From Calcarisporiella thermophila CBS 279.70 (Eukaryota > Fungi > Calcarisporiellomycota): DNA of 64,000 nucleotides. Below the pieces are notes generated by a model. It saw only the letters and a list, made by a program, of their open reading frames with translations. It was not told the DNA's origin and ran no database searches. The stretch is taken from assembly GCF_041956535.1 (NCBI RefSeq), contig NW_027192202.1, forward strand, positions 33,259 through 97,258, read 5' to 3'. Of this stretch, positions 37,773 to 50,882 are shown piece after piece. How positions within the stretch are numbered: position 1 is the stretch's first letter; every line of letters begins with the position of its first letter. The position numbers were made by a program, and so were the translations under genes.

Positions 37773-40245
37773 TTATATCGCAACCCGCTTCCCAACCTTT
37801 CTTTCGCCCCTTTGCAATTTTTCCTCCTTGTCTCCCAGAATTTCTTCGCCTCTCTTCCGCTTCCGTATTGATTCTTCTGGAGAAGAGTCGAGGGAGAGTG
37901 AGGCTTCCCTATCCTTCTCCTTCTTGACGAGGGCGGGTTTAGCCTCGGACGCTAATCTTTTCCTGTGGTCGGGCCGGGAAGTTGGGCTTTCTTTTGCGCT
38001 GCCGCTAGCGTGGGAATGTGGCGAGGATGCAGAGGGAGAGGGAGAAGAAAAGGAGGGGGAAGAGTGCGAAGAGGTAGATGCTGGGGTAGTGGGCGAGCTT
38101 CTCTCCACTTTCCCTCTTCTTGATTCACGATCTCTCGACTCGCGCCCCTTGTCTCGCTCTCTCTCCTTTTCGGCGGACCTCTCCCGGCCCTTCAACCTCC
38201 CACTGCTCCGGTCTTGTCCCCGTTCCACCAGCAGAGACTTCAACAAGGATTTCTCGACCTCCAGTTTCCGCACCTCCTCCTCCAGGAGTCTCAATCTTGC
38301 CCGGTGCCGGCGCTCTTCTTCCACCTCAGCCTCAAGAGCACGGACCCGCTCCTCAAGCTCACGGTTACGGGCCTCAAGCTCGGGGAGAGATTTAAGAGGG
38401 GGAAGGTCAAGGCACTCCGACTGGTTGTCCGAGGTTGGAGGGTGATGATGGTTGGGGTAGCTATGGTGCCGGTGGTGCTGGTGGTTAAGCAGGCCGCCCA
38501 CCGTGCTTGCAGCGGCTACCGGGGTGGAAGCACTGGCTCCGGGCGGTGGTAGACCGGATGGCGGATAGCATGCCGCGGTACTAGAGGGCGAGACCTCGGT
38601 TGGAGGTCCAATCTGTTTTTGGGTGTGATGAGGAATAATAAGGGGAGCAACCACAGGTTTCCCATCCTTGCTGACAAGGGTTTGCGCGCCGGCGGCAGAG
38701 GCCGAGGTGGCGCTTGTTGGGGACATAGCATTGGCGGTGGTAGGGGAAACTCCAAGCCGGTTCAGTCCGATATTCTGCATGGGAGGGTGATGCGGCTGAA
38801 CCGCGGTTGTGGGCGACTGGGTCGGTCTGATCGCGAATAGGGGGCTGTTCGCCGAGGGGATAGACTCTGCCTTGACTCCGCTTGCAGAATTTGGGACAGG
38901 CGAATAGCCATCATGGTCCTGATGAGGCTGATGGGAATGTGGCTGATGAGAGTGGGTGCTTGGGCTCGCCATGAGTGGGGCGCCGTAGTTCCAGTTCTGT
39001 TCTCCGGACCGCAGCGCAGTGGTAGTGCTCAGCGGTGGAGAGGAGGATGCGCTCGAGGATGAGCTGGCATTGGCCATGGCGGACGTCTGTGAGTTGGAGG
39101 AATCTTGATGCTTGGAGGGAGGCTGGTGCTTGCGCTGAGTCTCCTGGTGGTGCGGCTGCAATCGCTGGCTTTTCTGTGCAGCATTGCATGCACTGCGTCC
39201 CTCAGTGCGCATATGGCGGTTGAGGGCATCGAGCCGAGCAAAGGAGCGATTGCAGGTAGGACATACGTAGGGGCGCTCACCCGTATGCAGCTTCTGATGA
39301 CGTTTGAGATCGTGGTGTCTTCGGAATTGCTGTTTGCACTCTGGGCACTAAATAAATGGTATAATAAACGGCATAATAAACGGCATATTAGTTTAGAGGA
39401 TTTAGGATGGGAAAAGTTAAAGAAACGCATTCAAAAATTCGTGGATACACGGAGTGATGAATCGAATTGATGGGGAGAGGAGAATTTACCTCAAACGGGC
39501 GCTCCTCTGTATGGGTTAGATAGTGTGATTTGAGATTGTGCTGCCGTGTAAAGGTCAACTCACATCGGTCGCACGAGTAAGGTTTGTCTGGGGTGCTGGC
39601 CGTGCTTCTCGGGGGGGCAGGTGACTTCTGTAGCCGGAGAGTTGTAAAAGTCCCTGCGCCTGCCGAGCCAACGGGGGTTAGCGGAGACATGGAAGTGTAG
39701 TGGGAAGGAATGGCGGAATGTGGGACTTGATGTGAAGGATGATCCTGTTGGATGAGGGGGGCAAGCGCAGGCCGCTGCGAGTCAGAAGCGGAGTGGTGAG
39801 GATAGTGGGCCGGGGCGAGTGGAACGTAGCCATTCGCTTGGTGCGAGTGCAGATGTGGAGGGGTCGGAGGCCGGGGCGTGATATTGGTTGGCGCATAGCT
39901 GCGCACAGGCTCCCGCATATTGTTGTTCGGTACAGCGGGAGAGAGGGGGGTCAAGAGATTACCACCCATGACCGATGACGTCGCACTCACAGGTGCAGTA
40001 GCCGAAGAAGAGGAGGAGGAAGCGGTGGAGGGCGCAGTGGTAGCAGGCAAAAAAGCAGATGCAGCAGCGGCGCTGGCGAGTAAGCCCATTGGAGAGAGTG
40101 GGGCTGTGGAGGGCGGATCAAAATGTTCGCTTGGACGTTTGGCAATCGACGAAATTGGGGGGTCCTGTTTAGTAGGGGAGAGAGTCTGGGCAGCCTGATG
40201 CGCATGATCTTCGTTGTGATGTGATCTCTCTTCCATCGTGGTCAT
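37773..40245 (-). CDS. C2H2 zinc-finger transcription factor (three fingers) with C-terminal coiled coil, 2 exons
   Basis: PYSCDRCELTFTRQHNLKSHYLTHTEERPFE joined to CPECKQQFRRHHDLKRHQKLHTGERPYVCPTCNRSFARLDALNRH. Confidence 0.92.
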
Positions 40246-41209
40246 TTTCAATATAAATCAAACAAATCCCAGACGAGGAAGAAAAAACAAGGAATTAAAA
40301 GGCGAATGGATACACAATCGAGCTGATGAATCCGATGCTGAGAAGGACAGGCGGCGGTCGACGGTAAATGGAGGGGGGGTGATGACGAGGGAATAATTGG
40401 ATTAAAAGCAAATTTGTGTTGTGGAGGGGGGAAGTATGGACAAGTGGCGTGGCGTGGATGATGATGGCGGTGAAGAGGGGCGCAGTATTTCATCCCATTC
40501 GTTGTGATCCCAGAACAAATCTATTGTGCCAAGTGGACACGGAAGAGACCCCCATCCAAAAATAAATAAAAAAGGAATCCAGACTCTAGGGAAACACTGA
40601 GCTGCGAGTCAAGGGAGACACCATGTGGCTCCGGTTTCTCATCCCATCCCCTCCCCGTATTTCCCTTCCCTCCACGGCCCAACCCATCCTCCCAAGGGCA
40701 TGCCACATATTCGTGGCGATGAGACTGGCTAATATTTTACCCCATGCATAATGAAGGTTTAATAAATTATTTGGCCGGCACATAATCATGACCTCATCCA
40801 ATCTTGTGCATTATCCGAATGCGATAGCACCCGTGGTTCCTCCTCTCCCCTTCCCCCCTCTCTTTAGCCTCCATCCGTTTTGACACTTGGTCTATTTTCT
40901 TATTTGCGGATATTTTTCCATTCCAAGCCCAAAGATTGGGATTCCGATTTCCCCTCCTCTCTAGCATTAGCCTTATCTTAGTAGGTGGCCGTGTTCAATA
41001 GGGAAAAAAAAAGGCTAAGCATCGGGCAATCGCCATGTATATCCAATTATTCCCATTATTGGCCCGATTGCATCATAGGTGAGCAAATGGGGAGTTAAGC
41101 TCGAGAATTTGGTCCAAAGATATTATATTATGGTTATAAAGATTACAATCCGTTCAGTTCTGCTTGCTATAATGCGCATTTCTACTCAGCTAAATACAAA
41201 ATACATATA

Positions 41210-41929
41210 TCAGGTAACATTGGTCATTGACAACTTAGTTTGCACCCATGCAAGCGGCACATCATCGTCCCCGGTATGATCTAGCTGCAGCGGCAGCAGT
41301 GGCACTGTGAACTCCGGCTGGCAGTCCTTACTAAGTTGTTCGGCGGATAGGACAAGCATCAGGGAAAGAGAAGGTATATGAGGGAGCGTGAGTTTAAACT
41401 CGTCCTCTTTGCTATCCTCGATGTCCTCCATTTTCTCCTCCGTGGTGGACACTAGGGATTCGCTCCCCTTGAACGTTAACACTGCTTTCGTGCGGGAGTA
41501 GGACGGTCGAAGGGCTCTTTGGTATTTGCGCAAGGGCCGGATAATGCGCTTTTCTACGTGCTCTTCTTCGCCCTGATCATCTTCTCCGTCTTCGGATACC
41601 GAGTCGCATAATACATTGTTGGGTTGCAGTTTGGCGAGGAAGAGCCGCAGAACCACGACCCGCTCGAGCGTCCAGCGGCGGCGGTCGCGCAGCTTGTAGA
41701 GCGTCTGATGATAAAGTTTTTGGTCATCCACTGCCCAGGAACGATGCAGCGGGAGTATCTGAGTGTCCGATGGAAGTGGGGAAAAGGGGAGTCGTCTCAA
41801 AGGATGCAGATGCTGGGATGGGGAATCTTGCGTTACTTTTGAAGTATGGGATAAGCGTTTCAGTCTAGTGATGGCCTTGAGTGGGACGGCGATGCGTTTC
41901 CAGAAAGAAGAGGGTTTTTCAGCTGGCAT
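41210..41929 (-). CDS. Hypothetical protein
   Basis: 239-aa ATG-initiated ORF with coding-like composition and a C-terminal DDDVPLA motif. Confidence 0.65.
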   Translation of the reverse strand: MPAEKPSSFWKRIAVPLKAITRLKRLSHTSKVTQDSPSQHLHPLRRLPFSPLPSDTQILPLHRSWAVDDQKLYHQTLYKLRDRRRWTLERVVVLRLFLAKLQPNNVLCDSVSEDGEDDQGEEEHVEKRIIRPLRKYQRALRPSYSRTKAVLTFKGSESLVSTTEEKMEDIEDSKEDEFKLTLPHIPSLSLMLVLSAEQLSKDCQPEFTVPLLPLQLDHTGDDDVPLAWVQTKLSMTNVT

Positions 41930-42522
41930 GGCTCATGGGTACTAGTCAAAGAGAGAGGACGGGCGAGGGATATGGAACGAAGGTATGGAAGGCCAAAGAT
42001 GAAATAAACAAAAGAGGCAACGAAGATGGAAGAAAAGACGAGGGGAAGAGGGAGGTGGGGAGAAGTCCAGCGCTGCAGGCCTAGTTCGGGAATATGTATG
42101 TATATTTCAGAAAAAAACGCGTTTTATTATCATTATTTTTTGTAACTTGTTAAATGAAATTTTGTTTGTTTTTTTCTGCTTTTTATCTGGAGCCGTCCAT
42201 TTTACCTAATGGAGCAGATCACTTAGTGGCAATGGGGGATTTCACGTCTGTGTACAACCTTTACATTGAGATCGAGATCGACGAAAATATCCAGAGCAAA
42301 GCTATGTAGTTGCCATTACAATTTTGTCTCTGCTCAATGTCATTACAATATCCAAATCGATGTTAGTGCATTTTATATTAATTAAAAGGGAAAAAAGTTT
42401 GCGCAAATAGAATGCAATAGGTTGAATATGGAATATACTATACAGTCCACTCATTAAACAAAATGAGAAAACAATCAAGTAAATAAAATGATAAATTGAA
42501 CAAAAAAAAATAACACTGGTTC

Positions 42523-43166
42523 TCATGGTTGTTGAAGTTCCCTAAGAAACGCCGTATCGGTTTCTTGTGTCCGCTCTCTATATTGCATGCCGGTGTTAAT
42601 TTTCTCCTTGAAATTTCGTGAAGGCTAGCGATAAAAAAAAACACATTTAGAAAAGTCTTGCATAGGTATATAAGCAGGTGGTTGCCCAAGTTGCTTTTGC
42701 TCACCGATAGTTTCCACTTCCTAAACACCCATATCCCTATCGCCGCTGCCCCAATGACGCATCCAAGCGCAATTCCCGCTGTAACCAATTGGTTTCCACT
42801 TGTGTCCTCTTTTGGCTGCTGCTGCACTGTAGGCGCAATCGTAGCAGAGAGCAGGGGATCAGGAGATGGAACAACTGTAACATAGGATGTGATGGTTCCA
42901 CTAGTCACTACATGTCGAGAAATCGCTTGCGTTGTTGCAGATGAGGATGCTGGTGGAGGTTTGCTAGTGGAAGAGGCTTTATTCTGGGCAGGTAATTGAT
43001 TGGGATTGGTAGCAGTGGGAGCTGCTGGCTCGAATGCATTGTTGGGTTTCTGCGGATTAGCTAATGGATCCTGTTTTGGTTCGAAGGGTTTGTTGTTCTC
43101 TGGCTGCTGTGGTTTCTCAATGTCTTTGAGTGGAGATAAATTAATGTCAATTCCACGTCGCTTCAT
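42523..43166 (-). CDS. Single-pass membrane protein with Pro/Ser/Thr-rich ectodomain (5' end uncertain)
   Basis: TM LVTAGIALGCVIGAAAIGIWVF followed by RKWKLS; after an intron, PSRNFKEKI..FLRELQQP-stop. Confidence 0.7.
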
Positions 43167-43883
43167 GTTGAATTAGTGATTGCAGAGTACGTGATGAAAT
43201 TGCCCAATGAACAGAACAAAATTATTAGTGCAAGAATATTCAATTACACTCGCGCAATTTGGACGTGTGCAGGTAGGTAACGGTGGGATGGAGGGGATGA
43301 AGAGCGATAAATGTGAACAAATAAAAAAAAAGAACAGAGCAGAAATGAATACTGATGCCGATATTGGAACACTAGAATTAATAAAGATGGCTTCTATATA
43401 TTATTTTTAAGATATTTTTATAATCCCCCCTTTTTAAGCTCTTTCAATTAATGGGACGCGATCTAATTTGCTAAGTAGCAAAATTGGAAAAAATGAAATC
43501 CTATTGATTATACAAGAAAGGATGAATAGTAGAACACGTCAATAGAAAACGTAACCAAATCGCGACTCCCAAAATAATTCTCACTACCTCCCGATATTGC
43601 CAACCCTCTGTCGCTTTAAAATTGTCACTTTCGAGAACAAGTTGCTCATGGAATATTAATAGCCATTTTTTTTTTAAAAAAATATATAGTGGAAGGTGTA
43701 TAGCTATGCGGCAGAGAGACAAATATAAACGTATTTCAACAACAAATTAGAGCATTATGGTGGTTTTGGGTTAAATAATCGCTTAAAATAAAAAGCCATC
43801 CTTGTCCTATTTATGGTGTTCAAAGCACATCCATCTTTTAACAAATTCCGATATCTAGAGTGTTTTTTTTTATGTTGGAATCG

Positions 43884-44503
43884 TTAATCCAAGGGCATTT
43901 TATCCTCGCTCAACTGCTGCGATTTTTCATTGTCCACCTTCACACCCTCGGTCTCCAGTAACATCTGCTTGCTTAGAGTTTTCAGTTCGTTCACTCGCCC
44001 GTGGTTGAGCATCTCGTTGGCCTGTTGAAATATTTGCCTGCCCCAGTCATCTTCGTAGGTGTTGGCCTCCTCAATAACCTCCTTCAACTCCTCCTGCAAT
44101 TGCCCCTCAGCGGCGAGGAGCTCCTGCCATAGTCCATCTCCCACTGCTCCTGACTTCACAAGTTGACTGAGCGCTTCTTTATCTCCACCAATTTGGACAA
44201 GCCGCCATAAATCTGCTTCGGCGCGTCGTAGTAGGGCGCTTTTAAGATGAAGAACAGGCACATCTGGAATATTGAGCAGAGAAACATATTCATCTCGTGT
44301 ATAATGAGGACCAAACCAAGGCTCTTGAGAATCATCTTCATTATAAAGGGAGATTTATAGGTCATGGTCCGATTCTAGATTAGCATAGAAACATAGAAAC
44401 GTGCATTACCTATTTTTCGCCTACGCCAGAAAAAGGAGAAGAGTGCCATAGCACCCACCCATCCCGCAAGATAGAAGACCGGCAATTCAAGTGATGAAAA
44501 CAT
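43884..44503 (-). CDS. SEC66: Sec66/Sec71 ER translocation complex subunit, 2 exons
   Basis: N-terminal TM followed by RRRK; LKSALLRRA..D..R, GAVGDGLW, EEL.EVIEEA....DWGRQIFQQANEM. Confidence 0.88.
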
Positions 44504-45148
44504 TGGAGTTTTTCATTTGGGAAGCGCTAGAGGGAAAAATGACATTAATAGGCAGGCTAACCCTGGAATATAATCTATTTTCGGACATTGAAATCCCAAG
44601 ATCATGATCGGTTTAATACTGACTATATATATGGAGGCTCTCCAAATAAAAAGGCAGAGCATCTCTCTCATGCTCCCACCTACGTGAACCTCCACAAATA
44701 GCCGCAATTTCATCAGGCTAAGAATGAATAAGGCATTATTAGATAATCATCGCGTTTTATCGAAAAAGCTCAAGGTTAGCCATATACAGCTACTTTTAGA
44801 AAAGTCATACTAAAAAGCTATCTTTACTACTGACAATGGGCATTGTATCCAATAGATACTTACAGAATGATATAAACCATATAAAATAAAGTATGTGGAT
44901 GAGATAGAATTGTTAACGCTAGAAGTGAAAGTCAATAGAGCTATTAAATTAGAAAAAAAAAAGGGAAAAAACATTTGAAATATTCTAGCTTTATGATCCA
45001 TTGGTAAAGTGGTTTAGGAATCGAGGATTCCAGGAATGATGAGCAACGCATTAGGCTATGTGGGCTAGAAAAAAAAACTGGGAGGGCATATGAAATAGTA
45101 ATAAAAAAGTATAAGGGTAAATAAGTGTTTGCAGATTTCAACTCTGAG

Positions 45149-47942
45149 TCAAGGCCCGGTTTTTCCTTGGCGAGTATTAACGATGCTGCGCAACATGTGT
45201 CCTAGCTGTTGCAAAGCTGATCGATTGATCATCTTGGGAGGTTTAGAGCTCTCCGTGGTAGTGGTCTCGTTGATTTTAGAGGCATTCGACGAGTCGAATG
45301 CTGTATGCAGTGGCTGGCGAGCTAAATGGTATTGCTCATTGAGTGGTTTCTCCAGAGGAGCTAGGCCACATTCTTTTGCAAGAGCCCGGCGGCCACTTCC
45401 AGCATACTCTTCAGCAACCGTAGGTGTGCTGCACACATTACCCCACCGATCACACGGGGTCCAAGACCTGACAGAGTATCTTCTACGTGCACGAGTGTTT
45501 GCCGTCCCCCCCACTTTTTTCCACTCATTCCCGGGCTCCTCGACGGCATAGTTGCCCGTCTCACGTAGGCTGGTGGAGGGAGTCGAAAGTCGCTTATTCG
45601 TTGCTCCATGGGTATTCAAGTCGCGTTCATTTCCTCCGTCATTTGCAGTCCCGCCTCCTCCAAGTGTGATTCCGGTCACCAAACCACAGCCAGCTCCGAT
45701 TCCCGACATTCCCATCATTGGCCCGTTAAATACGGAAATCGACGCAGACGATGACGCGGTTGATCGGCGGCGGCGGTGCTGATTCGGGTAAGTATAATTT
45801 GAAGGGTTGAGGGCCGAGTTGGTGCAAGAAGCATGGCGTCGATGCTGAGGCTTTTTCGGCTGAGGCTGGGTGGTGGACGAATTCATAACGCAAGAAGCGC
45901 GTCTTCGACTCCGGCTTGTCTGTGCAGAACCATTGGCGACAGCTGCAGTACTAAAGGATTGATCACTATTGCCATAGAAGCTGGCGGAAGATGTTGGAGA
46001 TTGTGGTTGCCACCAGCTGCACCAGTTGCGCCAAGTAGGCGGTGGAGGAGCAAATGGTCGCTTTTCGTAAGCATACGCTCCCACCCCCACGACACAATTG
46101 CCTGTCACATCCTGGTGCTCAAGTGTCGACCATTGTCGATGCCGGGGGAGACGTTGAGGTCGATGGTGAGACGAGAGCCGCTGACGCTGGGAGGAGGGTG
46201 GGGACGAAACTGTGGCCTCGTTAAACTGCTTCCCTTTATCTTTCACATTATTTAGAGATGATCGCTTCCAGAACTTCATGCGCCGGCCGTAATGTGGGCG
46301 AGGTGGGCGCGCATTCTTCGGCACAACTAGCAGTTCGGGCTTCAAAGTTGCCTCTTGGACCGCTTTAGCTGGCTGCTCTTGAGAGTTCTCATCCCCCCCT
46401 CGCTTTTCCCCTTCGTCAGTGGCAAACCCGCTATCGTCATCGCTACGAAGCGCCGATGTTTGCACCCTGTTTTCATCCCTATGGCCCTTGTCTTGTGCCA
46501 ATGGGGAGGATGCACCCAGTTTGTTCCCCAAACCAGCTTCATCCTCAAAAATGATCGGCTTGGAAAAATCCATTTTCCCGGTCGCTTGGGGGCTGCTATC
46601 AATGTCATCTGACCATGAGGGATGATGACCCCTGATGCTGGGCACAGGAGTCTTCGGGGGAGTCATCGGTTGTGGAGTCTTCTCGCGCTTGGCGCGTGGC
46701 GATCCCGCCTTGTGGTGGGTTCGTCTGCCAGAAAGGGTGAGTGTCAGCGCACCCAAGCCAAACAGCCCCTTTCTGCGTTCCTTTTCCGCCGATTTCTCTA
46801 AAGTTGGAGAGAACTCCATCACCCACTCGTCGTCCTCCAATTCCTTTAGGGGATCCATCATCATCTCTACCAAGTCTTCGCACCATCGCTTCCATTCACC
46901 AAGCCGAATTCTTTTCATCTCTCCCCCTACAGGGCAGAAAACCCTCTTGCTCAGAAAACGTGCCATGCGCACGGGCATTCCCTCAAATTGGCTGAGGAGA
47001 TAGTCGGCTCCAAGGCGCTGGAAGGCGGCATACGATGCGCAAGACTCGGGGTGTGGGTCAGCCCAGGGCGAACGATGCCAGAGGAGATTAATCAGGATGA
47101 CGCCGAGGGACCAGATATCGGCCTGGAAGGGGTCGTAAGCATCGCCCGCGTCAGGGTTCCGGCACTCTAGGGATAACTTGAGGTAAGCTCAAATGAATTT
47201 ATAAAATTGAACACCCTTCAATACCATAGCTCATGTAGGGCCTACTGCCACAGTCAAAATCGATACAGATCTCTTCGGAGGTTGCTAGTCCAAAGTCCGT
47301 CAGCAGCACATTATTCTGTCCGTCGATCAGAAAATTTTCAGGCTTCAAATCTCTATGCGCGACCTTCCTTTCATGGATCACCGCCACGGAGTCGAGGCAT
47401 TGGTCGAAGATTTTTGCCACTAGCGCGTAGCGCTCACGCTCTGACAGGCGCCGACCTGTCGCCTGATCGTAATGGTCCTGATTCTGTGTTATAAACCAGT
47501 AGAGGTCACGGCCATTGCAATATTCCAGCAGGAGGAAGAGCCACTGATCACGCCCAAAATAGTCATGAAAAGAAACCAGACGAGGGTGTTTGGGAAGCAT
47601 TTTGTGAATAACAACCTGATCAACAGAGGCAACCAAGGTCAGTTGAAATGGTCCGTTTCCCAATCGGAGGAAGGGGGAGTATTCTACCTCATTCAGTTGA
47701 ATCCGCAGCTGCTCCTCCGTCAAGGCCGCCGTCGACAGGCATTTAATCGTATAGATCTGGCCACTGGTCTTGTCGCGCGCCTTGTACACCATCGCGTAGG
47801 ATCCTTGTCCGAGTGGGGCGAGAAGGTGCAAGGAGTATTTGAAGTCCATGTCCTCAATCACCTCGCCCACTTGAAATGGAAGCCACACTTCAGCTTGCTG
47901 CTGTTGCGGCGAGAGGTCGGTGCTGGAGGCTGAACTGGTCAT
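45149..47942 (-). CDS. Ser/Thr protein kinase, Ran1/Ksp1-like, with long disordered C-terminus
   Basis: LGQGSYA, IKCL, HRDLKPENFL, DFGLAT, CGSRPYMSYEC and ADIWSLGVILINL..RSPW motifs. Confidence 0.92.
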
Positions 47943-49046
47943 TTTGGGGGGAAAGCGTGTTCGAGAGGGAGGCGGCCAGATAAGAGGATAGAATGCGGAT
48001 TAACCAAGTGAAACACCCACAAAAAGCTTATGGGTGAAGAGTAGTGAATAGGGGGGGAAAGGGGAGAGACAAAGTATAGGAATCACTTCAAAAAGAAAAG
48101 CGAGAAAGGTGCAATGGTGGAAGAGTTACAATTGCATAGTTGGGTCATAAAAAAGTAGATAATTAACAAGAGAATTTGGCAATTATTGGCAAATGGTCTT
48201 GGTAAACTAAAAAGGCAAACGCATTGGCTGGGATGGAAAAAATAATCTTCAAGAATCAGAGAGTGCTAATCAAGAAAATCATTCAGCGGTCTGTGGAATT
48301 GTAGAGCTAACGTATAGGGTGCATACCTCGTTTACGCCAAGCAACGCGCGTAAGAGAACATAATACGGAAGAGAGGAGAAGATAAAATTAAGGAGAGATG
48401 CTGACGAGTGAATATGAATCTTTTTCAAAACGAAAAAGAGCAGCACTCCCTTCCTCAGGCACGTCCTCCGTGCGCTAATGACAATGAATTCAAGAGATAC
48501 CCCCCCCCCTTCGAATTACTCGAATAACCAATGCTAAAAGAAAGAGCAACAAAATTAAAAGAAGAATGCAAAACAAGGCGCCATTTAAAGACGCGAAAGC
48601 ACTCTGGGGATATATATAATGAGAGAAGAGAGAAAAAAACCTCTGCTTCTTTTTTGGGCCATTTGCTTGGTAAACCGCTCGAAATAAATCATTCAGAAAA
48701 GAAATCCCAGACATGAATAGGGGGAAGGTCCTGAGCGACTTACCTCTCTAGTGCGGAAGAAAATAAATCAAAACGGGCAAGCGCGCGACCGGGATAGGGG
48801 CTGGAGGGATGGCGATGCTCAGGTTGAAAAATGCTAAACAATGATTTCCATGTCCAACTCACCAGGCTTCAATATTACACGCGGCATGGAAATGAACGGA
48901 GTCGGATTTGGTTAGAACCCAATTGAAATAAGGTTTTCTGAACTGGATCTTGGTGTAAATGGGTTAATTAAGGGCATTAAACTTTATTATGGTAATAGTA
49001 AAAAAATTAGGACGAATGTAAGCAAAGCAAAAGAGGAAAAGACACA

Positions 49047-50882
49047 TTAACAGCACATTAGCCACGACATCACCTGCCTGTCGCCCCATTGCTCCTGCAT
49101 CACCTCCTGCTTCTTCCGCTCCAGCTCGCTCTCGCACGCCGCCCTATCAAGCGCAGCCATAATTGCCTGCTCCAGCGCCTGCCGATCATGCATGCCGACG
49201 ACTGCACTGGCAAGGCTCTCGCGCAATGATTTGAGCAACGGGGCAATCTGATCAACAGTATAACCGCCCTCCGCCGTGTGTCCTCTTTGCTCCGTGACGC
49301 CATTACCAGCCTCCGGCGTGCCCTCCTCTGGCGCAGCCTGAGCGCTCGCCTCTCCGCCTTTCTTGGAGGCTTCCGTCTCCTCCGCCGCGCCCTTCTCCTG
49401 CGCCGCCTCCTTCCGCTTCTCCTTCGCCTCCTTTTGTGCTTGCTCCGCCTCTCGTTTCTTCTCGCTCCATCGGTCCACGCGCTTGGCCTTCTCGGAGCCC
49501 ACGACACGAACCACCCGCGGAGTGTTCTCGAAGATGGCTCGCAGGTCCGCCACCTTCTGAGCCCGATGCACGGTCCCGACGTTGACCGAGGCCTTGGCCG
49601 GGTTATTCGACGTCGTCTCCACCATGCTGGTGGGCCGTGGCCGCTCTCCCATCATCATCATCATCTGGGAGTCGTCGCGCCGCTTGTAGCACCTCGGGTA
49701 GAAGTCGGGCGACGGCAAGGAATCGTCGCTGTCGCTGCAGCTGGGCGTTAGGATCTCGTCGGGTGGCTCGATGACGAAGACGGGAACCGACATGCGCCTG
49801 TTCAGCTCGTCGCTCTTCTTCATGATGGAGCAGTTTCTGTCCACCATGGAGGAGGTCGAGGACGCCGGCGACGAGGACAGCACGTTCTCGGGCTCCATCG
49901 TGCGGAGGCGGTTGGGCGTGAGCGTCACGCGCTTCGTGATGCCGCTCTCCACCACCCGGTCAAAGTTGAGCATGCGCGGATCCTTCCTCGACGACGAGCG
50001 GGAGGACTTTTTGAAGGTGCGGATGCGCGAGATGAAATTGAAGATGCCCGCCGCAGACGACGAGCTCAGCGTGGAGCGGAAGCTGCTCTGGCTGGAGAAA
50101 CTACGCCGGCTCGCCATGGGGGATTTGCTGGAGGTGGCCAGGGAGGAGAGCGAGGGCGAGCGGTCGAGGAAGATGTCGACCGTCTCGTGGATCTCATCCA
50201 GCTGGGGCTGGTCGAGGTCGTCGGAGTCGCACGCCAGTTTCTTCTAGAGAAGGAGAGAAGGAGAAGGAAATCGGCGTCAGAGCCAGCCTGGAACAAGACA
50301 CACTGGTACACAAGTAGCCACCTCGATCGCCTGCTTCACCCGCGTCCGCTCGAAGAACTCGCCCACCTCGCGGTCGCCGCGAAGCGCGTCATACACGTCT
50401 CGCGCCCGCACCCATTCTCCCTCCTCGACCCCGTCGGCCACCGCGCCAACCACATAGTCCGCCAGACACTCCACTATCGTCCCGAGATACCCGATGTATC
50501 CGGGGACGCGGCCCTTTCCTTTCCCCGCGCACCATGTTCTCACCACGCGCTCGGCATCCTCCACCGATAGCATGGGCTCCACGGGGCATCCGTGCTCGAC
50601 CCATGTTTTCCATTCGAGTTCTGCTTCGACTATCGCGCGGCGCCCCAAGTCGTTCGGCAGCAGGCGAGTAGTCACTTGCTTGAAGCGGGCATGCGAGGGA
50701 TGGGCGGAAGTTAGAAGGGAATGAAGAAATTCGTCGAGGAAGGTGTTCACCGCCCGAAGAGCATCGCTTGTGAAATTGAGCCCCGGAGCGGCTGGGAGTA
50801 TTAGTTCTACATGCGAAATGAGGGATTTGGTTACTGCTAGCTAGCACAAGGTCGCCGGCCTCGGTTAGGGCTTACCTGTCAT
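49047..50882 (-). CDS. Hypothetical protein; N-terminal region resembles a histone-fold (H2A-like) module, C-terminus low-complexity/coiled
   Basis: Probable ATGACAG|GTAAG first exon; ALRAVNTFLDEFL and YLGTIVECLADYVV..DVYDALRGD segments; strongly GC3-biased codons. Confidence 0.6.
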
